DNA of 64,000 bases from an uncultured Phycisphaerales bacterium (GTDB lineage: Bacteria; Planctomycetota; B15-G4; CAYZWU01), in contig CAZUHB010000013.1 in assembly GCA_964620445.1 (NCBI GenBank), positions 5,077 through 69,076 on the forward strand. Reading direction: 5' to 3'. This document shows, in pieces, positions 38,010 through 47,405 of the stretch. Below the pieces are notes generated by a model. That model was not told the DNA's origin and did no database searches. It was given only the letters and a program-made list of their open reading frames with translations. The position numbers were made by a program, and so were the translations under genes. The first letter of the stretch is position 1; each line of letters opens with the position of its first letter.

Positions 38010-38498
38010 ATGAAACAATCCCCCCACCTCGGACTGCGGACAGGGATCGGATTCGACTTTCACCGTTTTTCGAAGGAGGGCACGATCGTGCTCGGCGGAC
38101 ACCGCATCGACGGATGCCCCGCGCTCGAAGGGCATAGCGACGCCGACGCCCTGCTGCACGCCGCCATCGACGCCGTGCTCGGCGCGGCCGGGGAGGTCGA
38201 CATCGGCACCCTCTACCCGGACACGGACGAAGCGTTCTTCAACGCCGACAGCAGCGACTTCGCTCGCCAGGTGGCGCGCATGGTGGAGGAACGCGGTTTT
38301 ACGATCATCAACGTGGACTCCGTTCTGATCTGCGACCGGCCCATGATCTCCACGGAACGCCCCGGCATCAGGGCAGGACTGGCGCGCGCATTCGGCATAG
38401 ACATCGAACGGGTCAACGTGAAAGGCAAAACGCGCGAGAGTGGACAGGGCCGGGGCGACGGCGTGGAAGCGATGGCCGTTGCGCTTCTGGCCCGATAG
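38010..38498 (+). CDS. ispF: 2-C-methyl-D-erythritol 2,4-cyclodiphosphate synthase IspF
   Basis: GIGFDFHRF and HSDADALLHA motifs; separate gene immediately after ispD. Confidence 0.85.
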   Translation: MKQSPHLGLRTGIGFDFHRFSKEGTIVLGGHRIDGCPALEGHSDADALLHAAIDAVLGAAGEVDIGTLYPDTDEAFFNADSSDFARQVARMVEERGFTIINVDSVLICDRPMISTERPGIRAGLARAFGIDIERVNVKGKTRESGQGRGDGVEAMAVALLAR

Positions 38499-38672
38499 TC
38501 GTTCCCTGTCGGAATGCGGTCGATCGGCTTTCGAAATCGAAAGCGCCGCAATCCTGAAGGGGAGACTCCGGTTCGGGAAATATCACCCCTTCATTCGGCG
38601 CGATGTGCTATTAGGATGCGAGCCATTTTTTGACAAGCCGCAAAACACGGCGATGACAGACGCAAACCAAAT

Positions 38673-38689
38673 GGTGAGAATTCATCACC
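38673..38689. promoter_or_regulatory. Near-palindromic candidate operator (GGTGAGAATTCATCACC) just upstream of the RBS of the metal ABC operon
   Basis: Inverted arms GGTGA/TCACC around a GAATTC core, 10 nt before GGGAGGAA-ATG. Confidence 0.3.
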
Positions 38690-38705
38690 CTGGGAGGAAT
38701 AAATT

Positions 38706-39662
38706 ATGTTCATAAAAGGAAACCTCGGTCTCGCGATCGTGGCGCTCGCGGCGATTCTGCTCGGCGGCTGCTCGTCCGAAAGCAACGAAGGGAGCGGCGA
38801 TCTGTCGAGCCGGGCCGTACGCATCGTGGCGACCACCGGTATGGTGGCCGATGCGGTGAGCCGTGTGGGCGGCGAACGCGTCGAGGTCAACGCCCTGATG
38901 GGACCGGGCGTCGACCCCCACCTCTACAAGGCCTCGGAAGGAGACGTGATGCGTATGGCCGAGGCTGACGCGATCTTTTACAACGGCCTCCACCTCGAGG
39001 GGAAACTGACCGAGGTCTTCGAACAGATGAAGAGGCGCGATATCCGCACCGTGGCGGTTGCCGGAAGCATCGATCCCTCCCGTCTCCTCAGCCCGCCCGA
39101 ATTCGAGGGGGCCAAGGATCCCCACATCTGGTTCGATGTGAGCCTCTGGATGATGGCCGTGGAAGCGATCCGCAATGCGCTCGCCGAGCTCGATCCGATT
39201 CACAAGGGCACCTACGAGGCGAATACCTCGGCCTACCTCGGAGAACTGGCCACTCTCCACCGGTACGTCCAGGACGAGACGAACAGGATCCCCGAAGCCC
39301 AGCGCGTGCTCATCACCGCCCATGACGCCTTCAACTATTTCGGCAGAGCCTACGGTCTCGAGGTGCGGGGGCTTCAGGGGATCAGCACCGCGACCGAGGC
39401 CGGAACGGGCGATGTGCAGGAACTCGTCGCCTTCATCGCGGAGAGAAAGATCCCCGCCATGTTCGTCGAATCCTCCGTTCCCAGACGCAGCATCGAGGCT
39501 GTCCAGGCTGCCGTGCGCGCAAGGGGATTCGAGGTGCAGATCGGAGGAGAGCTCTTCTCCGACGCCATGGGATCTCCGGAGAGCGCCGAGGGCACCTACA
39601 CGGGGATGGTGCGCCACAACATCGACACGATCAGAGCGGCTTTGTGCGGACGATCGGAATAA
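38706..39662 (+). CDS. Metal (Zn/Mn/Fe) ABC transporter substrate-binding lipoprotein (TroA/ZnuA cluster 9)
   Basis: Lipobox LGGCS; conserved metal-ligand His/Asp positions of the TroA fold. Confidence 0.85.
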   Translation: MFIKGNLGLAIVALAAILLGGCSSESNEGSGDLSSRAVRIVATTGMVADAVSRVGGERVEVNALMGPGVDPHLYKASEGDVMRMAEADAIFYNGLHLEGKLTEVFEQMKRRDIRTVAVAGSIDPSRLLSPPEFEGAKDPHIWFDVSLWMMAVEAIRNALAELDPIHKGTYEANTSAYLGELATLHRYVQDETNRIPEAQRVLITAHDAFNYFGRAYGLEVRGLQGISTATEAGTGDVQELVAFIAERKIPAMFVESSVPRRSIEAVQAAVRARGFEVQIGGELFSDAMGSPESAEGTYTGMVRHNIDTIRAALCGRSE

Positions 39663-39689
39663 TTCTGTCAACCCCCTCGGAGGTGCGCC

Positions 39690-40454
39690 GTGCCCGAACA
39701 ACAAAAAGCGATCGAGGTTCGCGATATGACGGTCGCCTATCGTGACCGTCCCGTGCTCTGGGATGTCGACCTCGACGTTCCGGCCGGACTGCTCATGGCG
39801 ATCGTCGGCCCGAACGGAGCGGGAAAGACCACTCTCATCAAGTCGATCCTCGGTCTGGTGCGGTCCACCGCCGGTCAGGTTCTGATCCACGGGCGACGGT
39901 ACGACGAGGTGCGCCGGCTCGTGGGATACGTGCCCCAGCGCGGCAGCGTGGACTGGGACTTCCCCACCAGTGTTCTCGACGTGGTCACCATGGGCCGCTA
40001 TGCCCACCTCGGGTGGATCCGCCGGCCGGGCCGCGCCGATCGCGACGTCGCCCTGCGCGCCCTGGAAAAAGTCGGCATGGCCGAATTCTCCAGCCGGCAG
40101 ATCAGCCAGCTCTCGGGCGGGCAGCAGCAGCGCGTCTTTCTGGCGCGCGCGCTGGTTCAGGACGCGCGTGTCTATTTCATGGACGAACCGTTCCAGGGTG
40201 TGGACGCGACCACCGAGCGGGCCATCATCGGCCTTCTCAAAGAGCTGCGTGCCGACGGAAAGACGGTGGTCGTCGTTCATCACGATCTGCAGACCGTTCC
40301 CGAGTATTTCGACTGGGTCACACTCCTCAATGTACGCCGTATCGCGTCCGGCCCGGTGGACGAGGTTTTTACCGACCAGAACCTGAGGCTCGCCTACGGC
40401 GGCAGGGTGGCTTTCATGAGCAGCGCGATCCAAGGGCGCGCCTCGGAGAAATGA
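39690..40454 (+). CDS. Metal ABC transporter ATP-binding protein
   Basis: Walker [10 protein letters not shown], signature LSGGQQQR, Walker B VYFMDEP. Confidence 0.9.
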   Translation: MPEQQKAIEVRDMTVAYRDRPVLWDVDLDVPAGLLMAIVGPNGAGKTTLIKSILGLVRSTAGQVLIHGRRYDEVRRLVGYVPQRGSVDWDFPTSVLDVVTMGRYAHLGWIRRPGRADRDVALRALEKVGMAEFSSRQISQLSGGQQQRVFLARALVQDARVYFMDEPFQGVDATTERAIIGLLKELRADGKTVVVVHHDLQTVPEYFDWVTLLNVRRIASGPVDEVFTDQNLRLAYGGRVAFMSSAIQGRASEK

Positions 40455-40455
40455 G

Positions 40456-41595
40456 ATGGATCTGCTCCGGCTGCTCGAGGAACTCCTCTTCGACTACACC
40501 TTGCGAACCGTCGCGCTCGGCTCGGCAATCCTCGGGGTGGTGAGCGGCGTGCTCGGAGCATTCGCCGTCCTGCGCAGACAGAGCCTTCTTGGCGACGCGA
40601 TCTCGCACACGGCCCTGCCCGGCATTGCGCTCGCCTTCATGATCACCGGCTCCAAGGAACCGTTCGTGCTCATCCTGGGCGCCCTCGTCGCGGGTTGGGT
40701 GGGCACCCTCTTCGTGATGAGCGTCATCAATTCGACGCGCATCAAGAGCGACTGCGCGCTCGGGCTCGTTCTCTCCGTCTTCTTCGGGTTCGGACTGGTG
40801 CTTCTCACATTCATTCAGAGGCGGCCTGGAGCGACCCAGGCTGGGCTCGACAAGTTCCTCTTCGGCCAGGCAGCGGCTCTCATGGAGAAGGACGTGCTCA
40901 CCATGGCCGTGCTCGGCGCCGTGGCTCTCGGCGCGCTCGTTCTGCTCTGGAAGGAGTTCAAGCTCCTCAGCTTCGATCCCGAGTACGCGGCGAGCCTCGG
41001 TCTGCCGGTGCGCCATCTCGACGTGCTGCTCACGACCCTTCTGGTGATCGCTATCGTGCTCGGCCTGCAAACAGTGGGCGTCGTGCTCATGAGCGCAATG
41101 GTCGTCGCTCCGGCCGCCGCCGCGCGGCAGTGGACCGATCGGCTGGGAGTCATGGTCGTGCTCTCGGCCTTCTTCGGCGCCCTGGCCGGCGTGAGCGGGG
41201 CCGTGATCTCGAGCACGATCGCCAGGCTTCCCACGGGCCCGACCATCGTACTCTGTGTGAGCGCTCTCGTGGCTTTCTCCATGCTCCTCGCACCGGCGCG
41301 CGGAATGGTGTGGACCTGGCTTCGCCAGGCGCGCAACCGGAGGGACCTCGTTGCCGAGGCGGTACTCTGCGATCTCTATGAGCTCTCACTCCACCATGAC
41401 CGGAAGGACCACGCCCATTCTCCCGCGGTGCTCAAGGCGATGAACGTGCTCAAGGCCGGCGTGAATCGCACCCTGCGGGAGTTGAGGTCGCGAGGCTGGG
41501 TCGCCGCAACCGCGCGGGGGAGCTGGTTCCTCACACCCGAGGGGAGGGCCGAGGCCACGCGCCTCATTCTCGAGAGGGAAGGAGAAGCGCAATGA
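40456..41595 (+). CDS. Metal ABC transporter permease (ABC-3) fused to a C-terminal DtxR-like winged-helix domain
   Basis: ABC-3 TM core (about 285 aa) plus a roughly 90-aa tail that aligns with the DtxR N-terminal HTH (LYEL...VNRTLRELRSRGWVAATARGSWFLTPEGRAEATRLILER). Confidence 0.8.
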   Translation: MDLLRLLEELLFDYTLRTVALGSAILGVVSGVLGAFAVLRRQSLLGDAISHTALPGIALAFMITGSKEPFVLILGALVAGWVGTLFVMSVINSTRIKSDCALGLVLSVFFGFGLVLLTFIQRRPGATQAGLDKFLFGQAAALMEKDVLTMAVLGAVALGALVLLWKEFKLLSFDPEYAASLGLPVRHLDVLLTTLLVIAIVLGLQTVGVVLMSAMVVAPAAAARQWTDRLGVMVVLSAFFGALAGVSGAVISSTIARLPTGPTIVLCVSALVAFSMLLAPARGMVWTWLRQARNRRDLVAEAVLCDLYELSLHHDRKDHAHSPAVLKAMNVLKAGVNRTLRELRSRGWVAATARGSWFLTPEGRAEATRLILEREGEAQ

Positions 41596-42701
41596 GCGGG
41601 CCGCAGATGGAGATCCAGCTCATCGCCGTGGTGGTGGCAGCCGCATGCGCGCTGCCGGGGGTTTTCCTGATCCTGCGCCGGATGGCACTCATGAGCGATG
41701 CCATCAGCCATGCCATCCTCCTCGGTATCGTGATCGCATTCTTCATCACCGAGGACCTGGCGTCGCCCTTGCTCGTCGTCGCGGCTGCCGCGACCGGCGT
41801 CCTGACGGTGGCGCTCGTCGAGGCGCTGAACCGCACCGGGCTGGTGAAGGAGGACGCGGCCATCGGCCTCGTTTTTCCCATCCTTTTCAGTATCGGCGTT
41901 ATCCTCATCTCGCGCTACGCGGGGAATGTCCACCTCGACACCGATGCCGTTCTCCTCGGCGAACTCGCCTTTGCACCATTCGACAGGTTCGAGGTTTTCG
42001 ACACCGACATCGGTCCCCTCAGTCTTTACGTGATGGGCGGCATCCTGCTGATCAACCTGCTCTTCATCGGTCTCTTCTTCAAGGAGCTCAAGCTCGCCAC
42101 GTTCGACGCCGGGCTTGCCGCGGCGCTCGGCTTCTCGCCGGTTCTGATTCATTACGGACTGATGACGCTCGTGTCGATCACTGCCGTGGGAGCCTTCAAC
42201 GCGGTTGGTTCGATCCTGGTGGTGGCCCTCATGGTGGCTCCGCCGGCGGCCGCCTACCTGCTCACGAACAGCCTGAGCCGCATGATGGGACTGAGCGTTC
42301 TCATCGGCGCGGCAAGCGCGATCGGCGGATACTGGACCGCCCACGTTCTGGACACATCGATCGCGGGATCGATGGCCACCGCGGCCGGTTTCATTTTTCT
42401 TCTGACCTTCCTGCTCGCGCCCGAACGGGGAATCGCGGCGATCGCCCGCCGACGGCGCCGCCAGAGGTGGCAGTTTGCATTGCGCATGCTCACCGTCCAT
42501 CTCTTCAACCACGAAGGCCTGCCCGAGGCGGCCGAGGAGTGCCGCGTCGACCATCTCCACGACCATATCAGCTGGGATCCCCTCTTTGCGCAACGGGTCG
42601 TGCGCTTCGCGGAGCGCCGTCGTGCGGTGATCGAAAAGGACGGACTCCTGGCACTCACCGACGAAGGCCGCGCCATCGCGCGTCAAGCCGTGGTCGATTG
42701 A
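41592..42701 (+). CDS. Second metal ABC transporter permease (ABC-3) with a divergent C-terminal DtxR-like winged-helix extension
   Basis: ABC-3 core plus a roughly 85-aa tail ending GLLALTDEGRAIARQAV (DtxR-wing-like); ATGA overlap with the upstream permease. Confidence 0.75.
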   Translation: MSGPQMEIQLIAVVVAAACALPGVFLILRRMALMSDAISHAILLGIVIAFFITEDLASPLLVVAAAATGVLTVALVEALNRTGLVKEDAAIGLVFPILFSIGVILISRYAGNVHLDTDAVLLGELAFAPFDRFEVFDTDIGPLSLYVMGGILLINLLFIGLFFKELKLATFDAGLAAALGFSPVLIHYGLMTLVSITAVGAFNAVGSILVVALMVAPPAAAYLLTNSLSRMMGLSVLIGAASAIGGYWTAHVLDTSIAGSMATAAGFIFLLTFLLAPERGIAAIARRRRRQRWQFALRMLTVHLFNHEGLPEAAEECRVDHLHDHISWDPLFAQRVVRFAERRRAVIEKDGLLALTDEGRAIARQAVVD

Positions 42702-42724
42702 TCGATGTGCGATAGCCGGGGGGA

Positions 42725-43864
42725 TCAGTCTCCCAGGACCGAGCGGTAGCATTCCTCGACGCGCGCGGCCTGCACCTCGAGCGCGTACTCGGCGACCGCC
42801 TTCCGTCTGGCCTGCCGGCCCATGGCGGCGGTGGCATCCCGATCGCGCGCCGCTCCCAGAAGTGCGCCGGCAAGATCGTCGTCGACGGGCTCCACGAGAA
42901 AACCGGTCCGGCCTTCGTCGACGATCTCGTCGAGGGGCGGCATGCGGGAGGCGATCACCGGCAGACCGAGAGACATCTTCTCGCGTACGGCGCGGCACGA
43001 GCCGTCGCTGCCCGGAATCATGAAGATGCTGCAATCGGCGGCCGCCACGGCGGCGACGAAGTTGCGCCCCCTGAGATAACCGGAAAAGATGACCTTTTCC
43101 GCGAGCCCGATCTCGCGCACCGGCTGGCGAACCACCTCCTCCTGGTGCGTGCCGCGTCCCACGATGAGGAGGCGCAGCGCGGGTTCCTCATCGCTGGCGC
43201 GCTTGAAGGCGCGAAGGAGCACGTCGAACTTTCTGTGGCGCTGCATACGGGCCACGATCACGAAGAGAAACTCGCTCCCGGCGACTCCGAGCGAGGCGCG
43301 TGCCGCGGCGCGGTCCACCGTGGAAGGATCGAAGCGCTCCGTATCCACGGCGCCGGGGCTGACCATCACCTTTTCGGAGGAGAGAAAGTTCTTGTCGATC
43401 AGGCTCTTCCGCGCCCGCTCGGTGATGACCATGGCTCCCTGCGTGAAACGGCGCAGCATCCACCGGGCGCGGATCGAATTGGCCAGGTTGTCCGGATCGT
43501 AGAAGGAGCGCACCACGGGGGTCCGTTTGCCGAGGGTCCTCAGCGCGCAGGCCGCCACGAAATGATCGTTCGTCATGTGTGTATGAATGAGATCGAACTC
43601 CCTCTCCAGAAGGAAGTTCCTCAGCCGCATCACATCCTCGAGGTTGTGGAAGGCGTGAAAATGCTTTTCCAGGAAAAAGCCCTTCACCGGCTCGATCCCG
43701 CGTTCCAGCGCGTTGCGAGCCACCTCGTTGTCCTTGAAAGAGCGCGGATGCCCGCCCGGGATGAAGGTGATGTCGTGGCGATCGCCCAGCATGCGGCACA
43801 GGTTGACGGCAGGCTCGGCCGGGCCGGTCCATTTCCAGTTGCTGAAGAGGTGTAGAATCTTCAT
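42725..43864 (-). CDS. Glycosyltransferase family 4
   Basis: MKILHLFSNWKWTGP N-terminus and a C-terminal GT-B EX7E-type region. Confidence 0.75.
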   Translation of the reverse strand: MKILHLFSNWKWTGPAEPAVNLCRMLGDRHDITFIPGGHPRSFKDNEVARNALERGIEPVKGFFLEKHFHAFHNLEDVMRLRNFLLEREFDLIHTHMTNDHFVAACALRTLGKRTPVVRSFYDPDNLANSIRARWMLRRFTQGAMVITERARKSLIDKNFLSSEKVMVSPGAVDTERFDPSTVDRAAARASLGVAGSEFLFVIVARMQRHRKFDVLLRAFKRASDEEPALRLLIVGRGTHQEEVVRQPVREIGLAEKVIFSGYLRGRNFVAAVAAADCSIFMIPGSDGSCRAVREKMSLGLPVIASRMPPLDEIVDEGRTGFLVEPVDDDLAGALLGAARDRDATAAMGRQARRKAVAEYALEVQAARVEECYRSVLGD

Positions 43865-43958
43865 CCCGGTGCGTCTTTCCAATCGATCGAAGCCGCGATG
43901 TATCGCTCCAGATAATAATTCGTCAGCATGACACCACAATGGTAAAATCCCACGGGAA

Positions 43959-45086
43959 ATGAACATTCTTCATATCAACACGGAAAAAACGTGGCGCGGC
44001 GGCGAGCAGCAGACCCTCTATCTGGCCGAGGGGCTCCGGGATCGCGGCCATCTCTCGGAAATCGTATGTCAGCCGGGAAAGGAGCTGGCGCAACGGGCCG
44101 ACGCCAGGGGAGTGGCGGTTCACCCGGTGACCATGCGGGCCGAATGGGACCTGGGGGCCGTGTTCAAGATCCGGTCGATCATCAAGGCCCGCTCCATCGA
44201 TATCGTGCACATGCACACGTCCCACGGCCACACCCTGGGTGTGGCGGCGGCGCGGCTCGCGCCGCGCGCAGATCGTTCGGGCCGGGCAGGTCGCCCAAAA
44301 ACCGTGGTCGCCCGGCGCGTCGATTTCAGCATCTACCGCCACTGGCTCTCGCTGAGCGGTCTCAAATACAAGTTCGGCGTGGACCGGTACGTGGCCATCT
44401 CCAGGGCGATCAAGAATGTTCTCGAGAAGGACGGGATCGACGGAAACAGGATCGAGGTGGTGCACAGCGGCATCGATCTCGCCCGTGTCGCGGGCGCTGA
44501 CGGTGCCGCGGTCAGAGCGGAGCTGGGAATATCCGAGGACGCGCCGGTCATCGGCACGGTGGCCCATTTCGCCTGGCACAAGGGGCTCGAGTACCTCGTC
44601 GATGCGGCGCGCATGGTGGCCGACGAGATCGAGGGCGTGAAGATCGTGCTCGTGGGAACTGGCGGCCTGGAAGAGGCGATCAGGCAAAGGGCCGCGGCGA
44701 GCGGAGCGGATGACGGAATCGTTTTCGCCGGGTTCCGGACCGACATTCCGCAGTGCCTCGCCATGTTCGACGTCTTCACCATGCCATCCCTCATGGAAGG
44801 GCTGTGCACATCGATCCTCGATGCCCTCGCGGCGCGAAAGCCGGTCGTGGCCTCGCGCACGGGAGGCATCCCGGAGATCGTCGAGAACGGCGAGACGGGA
44901 CTTCTTGTTCCTCCCGGCGACGCGGCCGCCCTTGCGGGCGCCCTCATTCGCGTGCTGCGTGAACCCGATCTGGCGGTCCGGATGGCCGAACGGGGCAGGC
45001 GGAAGGTGCGGGAGCAGTTCAGCATCGACGCAATGGTGGCGGGTAACATCGGCGTTTACGAGCGCCTTCTGGCCGAAAGGCGGTAA
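43959..45086 (+). CDS. Glycosyltransferase family 4
   Basis: MNILHINTEKTWRGGEQQ N-terminus; C-terminal GT4 motifs (GGIPEIVENGETGLLV). Confidence 0.75.
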   Translation: MNILHINTEKTWRGGEQQTLYLAEGLRDRGHLSEIVCQPGKELAQRADARGVAVHPVTMRAEWDLGAVFKIRSIIKARSIDIVHMHTSHGHTLGVAAARLAPRADRSGRAGRPKTVVARRVDFSIYRHWLSLSGLKYKFGVDRYVAISRAIKNVLEKDGIDGNRIEVVHSGIDLARVAGADGAAVRAELGISEDAPVIGTVAHFAWHKGLEYLVDAARMVADEIEGVKIVLVGTGGLEEAIRQRAAASGADDGIVFAGFRTDIPQCLAMFDVFTMPSLMEGLCTSILDALAARKPVVASRTGGIPEIVENGETGLLVPPGDAAALAGALIRVLREPDLAVRMAERGRRKVREQFSIDAMVAGNIGVYERLLAERR

Positions 45087-45269
45087 CTTGTCCTTGCTTT
45101 CGTCTTCACGAGGCTATTAGTACTGGGAATTCTTTCGCGAAGGCCGCCAGGGACGAAACGGTGCCAGGGCCAGGAACCCCTTCTCTTTGACCGAATCCAC
45201 CTCGCGGCACTCTTGCCGAGACGAATTGCGAATCTGATGCGTTTGACGAACAGGAAAGGAATGTGAAGA

Positions 45270-45782
45270 ATGGACAAGGCAACCGAACGGATAGTGGAAG
45301 GTCTTCACAGGGCGATCGAAGCCGAGGCGGCAGGATATCACTTTTACATGATGGCGGCGCGCAACACCGACGACAAGCAGGGGAAGGAGATCTTCGAAAC
45401 GCTCGCCGACGAGGAGGTGGACCACCTGAAGTTCCTGAAATCCCAACACGCCTCCTTCCTCGCCACCGGAAAGGCCGATCCGGACGCCGTTCTGGGAAAA
45501 CCGCTCGAGCTGTCGGGCACCAATCCTATTTTCTCCGCCCAGCTCAGGGAACGGGTCAAGGATTCCCACTACGAAATGAGCGCCCTCTCCATCGGTGTGG
45601 AGCTCGAACTCAATGCGATGAACTTCTACCAGTCCGAGGCCGATGCAACGGATGACCCGGAGGTGAAGGAGTTTTACACGCGCCTCGCCGACTGGGAGTC
45701 AGGTCACTACAACGCCTTGCTGCGGGCACAGGAGGAGTTGAAGGAGGATTACTGGGCGCAGGGAGGCTTTTCGCCTTTCTAG
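45270..45782 (+). CDS. Rubrerythrin-like ferritin-fold diiron protein (no rubredoxin domain)
   Basis: Two ExxH diiron motifs (EEVDHLKF and ESGHYNA) in a four-helix-bundle-sized protein. Confidence 0.65.
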   Translation: MDKATERIVEGLHRAIEAEAAGYHFYMMAARNTDDKQGKEIFETLADEEVDHLKFLKSQHASFLATGKADPDAVLGKPLELSGTNPIFSAQLRERVKDSHYEMSALSIGVELELNAMNFYQSEADATDDPEVKEFYTRLADWESGHYNALLRAQEELKEDYWAQGGFSPF

Positions 45783-46309
45783 GAACTTAACCCCTCCCTC
45801 TTCTTGAACGCCTTCCACGACTCGGGCCCTTTGTAGGTTCCTTTGCGCACCGGTCTCGCTCTTTCCAGGGCGACCGTTTCGAAACGGAGGAGTCCGCGGT
45901 AGACGGTGTCGAATCTGCTCCTGTCGCTTCCCTGATAGGCGTCCGGGGCCAGGAAACGTCCCTCCCAGAACTCGACGGCGTGAATCGGTTCCCGCTCGCC
46001 GGTGGCGAGGACGATCTCGGGCCGGGCCTGGTCGGGTATGCCCTCCGTCTCGTCGCTGCCCAGGGAAAGAAAGTCGCTCTCCACCAGTGCGCGGCGGATC
46101 CGGTCGACCTCTTCATCGGAGATCGTCAGCTTGTACAGCTTCTCCACGAGTTTTCCGTGGCGCGCGTGCGGCCGTACCGATTGAATCCATACGGTCCCCT
46201 TCTTGGAAACGAGAACATTCCGTCCGCCGAAAAGGCCCTGGACATCGTACAACTCGACGAAGAAGTCGCTTTCGAGCATCTCGCCAATCTTGCCGGTCTG
46301 ATCGATCAT
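45779..46309 (-). CDS. Hypothetical protein (176 aa)
   Basis: Real start MIDQTGK at 46309; the longer six-frame ORF would overlap the lipoprotein gene on the other strand. Confidence 0.4.
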   Translation of the reverse strand: MIDQTGKIGEMLESDFFVELYDVQGLFGGRNVLVSKKGTVWIQSVRPHARHGKLVEKLYKLTISDEEVDRIRRALVESDFLSLGSDETEGIPDQARPEIVLATGEREPIHAVEFWEGRFLAPDAYQGSDRSRFDTVYRGLLRFETVALERARPVRKGTYKGPESWKAFKKREGLSS

Positions 46310-46447
46310 GAGCCGCCCTTTCAAACAAGAAACGATGGTCTTTCCTTCTCCAAGATCGGCCCAACGGGACTGTCGACTTGATCCTCTCGAAAAAACTTCC
46401 TCACCGAGGGTGCGATCGGTTATCTTCTTCACCCTATCGAGGAGGAC

Positions 46448-46885
46448 GTGATGGAAACTGCGATCGTCGTTTTTTTGCTCTTGTTCGTCTGCGGCTGCGC
46501 CCTGAACCAGACCGAGATCGTCGGAAGAGTCCTGCCCCACGCCGACGCGGGCGATATCCCCTATTCGCTGGACGGAAAAACAGAGGGATTCTGGGTGCCT
46601 ACCGGCGAGATCTTGAGCAGAGCCGAGCCGGCCATCCTCCGGTATATCGAGGAGCAAGACGGGAAGATCTTCGCCAATATCGACCGGTACAGATGCCAGT
46701 ACGTGGGAATCGTGGTTCAGGGCAAGAAGCGCGTCTATTGCAACTTTTTCTGGCCCACCGAGGACGAGGCCGATTGGAAGGAAAATTTCGTTTTCGTCCT
46801 CGACGGCGGCGACATGTACTTCCAGCTCGAGTACGACGTGGACAGCTCGAAGTGCCTGAACTTTTCCGTCAACGGAGAGGCGTGA
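46448..46885 (+). CDS. Hypothetical lipoprotein (145 aa)
   Basis: Signal peptide with lipobox FVCGC. Confidence 0.55.
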   Translation: MMETAIVVFLLLFVCGCALNQTEIVGRVLPHADAGDIPYSLDGKTEGFWVPTGEILSRAEPAILRYIEEQDGKIFANIDRYRCQYVGIVVQGKKRVYCNFFWPTEDEADWKENFVFVLDGGDMYFQLEYDVDSSKCLNFSVNGEA

Positions 46886-46924
46886 CCGGGCAATAGCCCG
46901 ACACGCCGAAGAAGGGCCACGGTT

Positions 46925-47092
46925 CTATTCAACGATCCGAACCGGTTTGCAGAGCCACTTGTCCTTGTAGGCAACGCGTCCACACTTCTTGCAGGCGTAG
47001 CGGAAATCGGTCACGATCCTCTTGAACCGTTCCAGATCGTCGAGATAGGTCCCGTTTTTCCAGCTGCAGAATTCTCCATCTCTGTTGGACAT
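46925..47092 (-). CDS. Small Cys-containing protein (55 aa, possible zinc ribbon)
   Basis: Strong GAAGGAGG RBS 9 nt before the ATG; translates MSNRDGEFCSWKNGTYLDDLERFKRIVTDFRYACKKCGRVAYKDKWLCKPVRIVE. Below the ORF-track length cutoff. Confidence 0.45.
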   Translation of the reverse strand: MSNRDGEFCSWKNGTYLDDLERFKRIVTDFRYACKKCGRVAYKDKWLCKPVRIVE

Positions 47093-47405
47093 GTTCCAAA
47101 ACCTCCTTCAGGACTCGCAAATGCACGGTAATCTCGGGTGAGCCGTTTCTCGTTCCAGCCCGTCCGTATAGCACCGTTTCGTGAAAAAAAAACGGATTTT
47201 CGACGAACAGGGAATTCTAAAAAACGAACGGCACCAATGGTGCGAATGTCTCAAGATCTCGGGACCGCCCCACCGATATACTCGATGAGTATCAGAATCG
47301 TTCCCGGGCCATGGGACCGCGCCGGCGCGGAGCCGAGTCATGTTCGAACCGATCGCCCGTGGCTCTGGAGACCGGCAGCACCTCGAGGGAAGCGAAAGGA
47401 CGGAC

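Noticed and set aside
38685-40433. 582-aa minus-strand ORF
   Set aside because: Antisense to the metal ABC substrate-binding and ATPase genes, which have unmistakable motifs.
41376-43034. 552-aa minus-strand ORF
   Set aside because: Antisense to the second ABC-3 permease and overlaps the GT4 gene; Arg/Gly/His-rich artefact.
45779-46657. Full 292-aa extent of the minus-strand ORF
   Set aside because: The N-terminal 116 codons would overlap the well-supported lipoprotein gene (46448-46885) on the opposite strand. The start was trimmed to M117 (46309).
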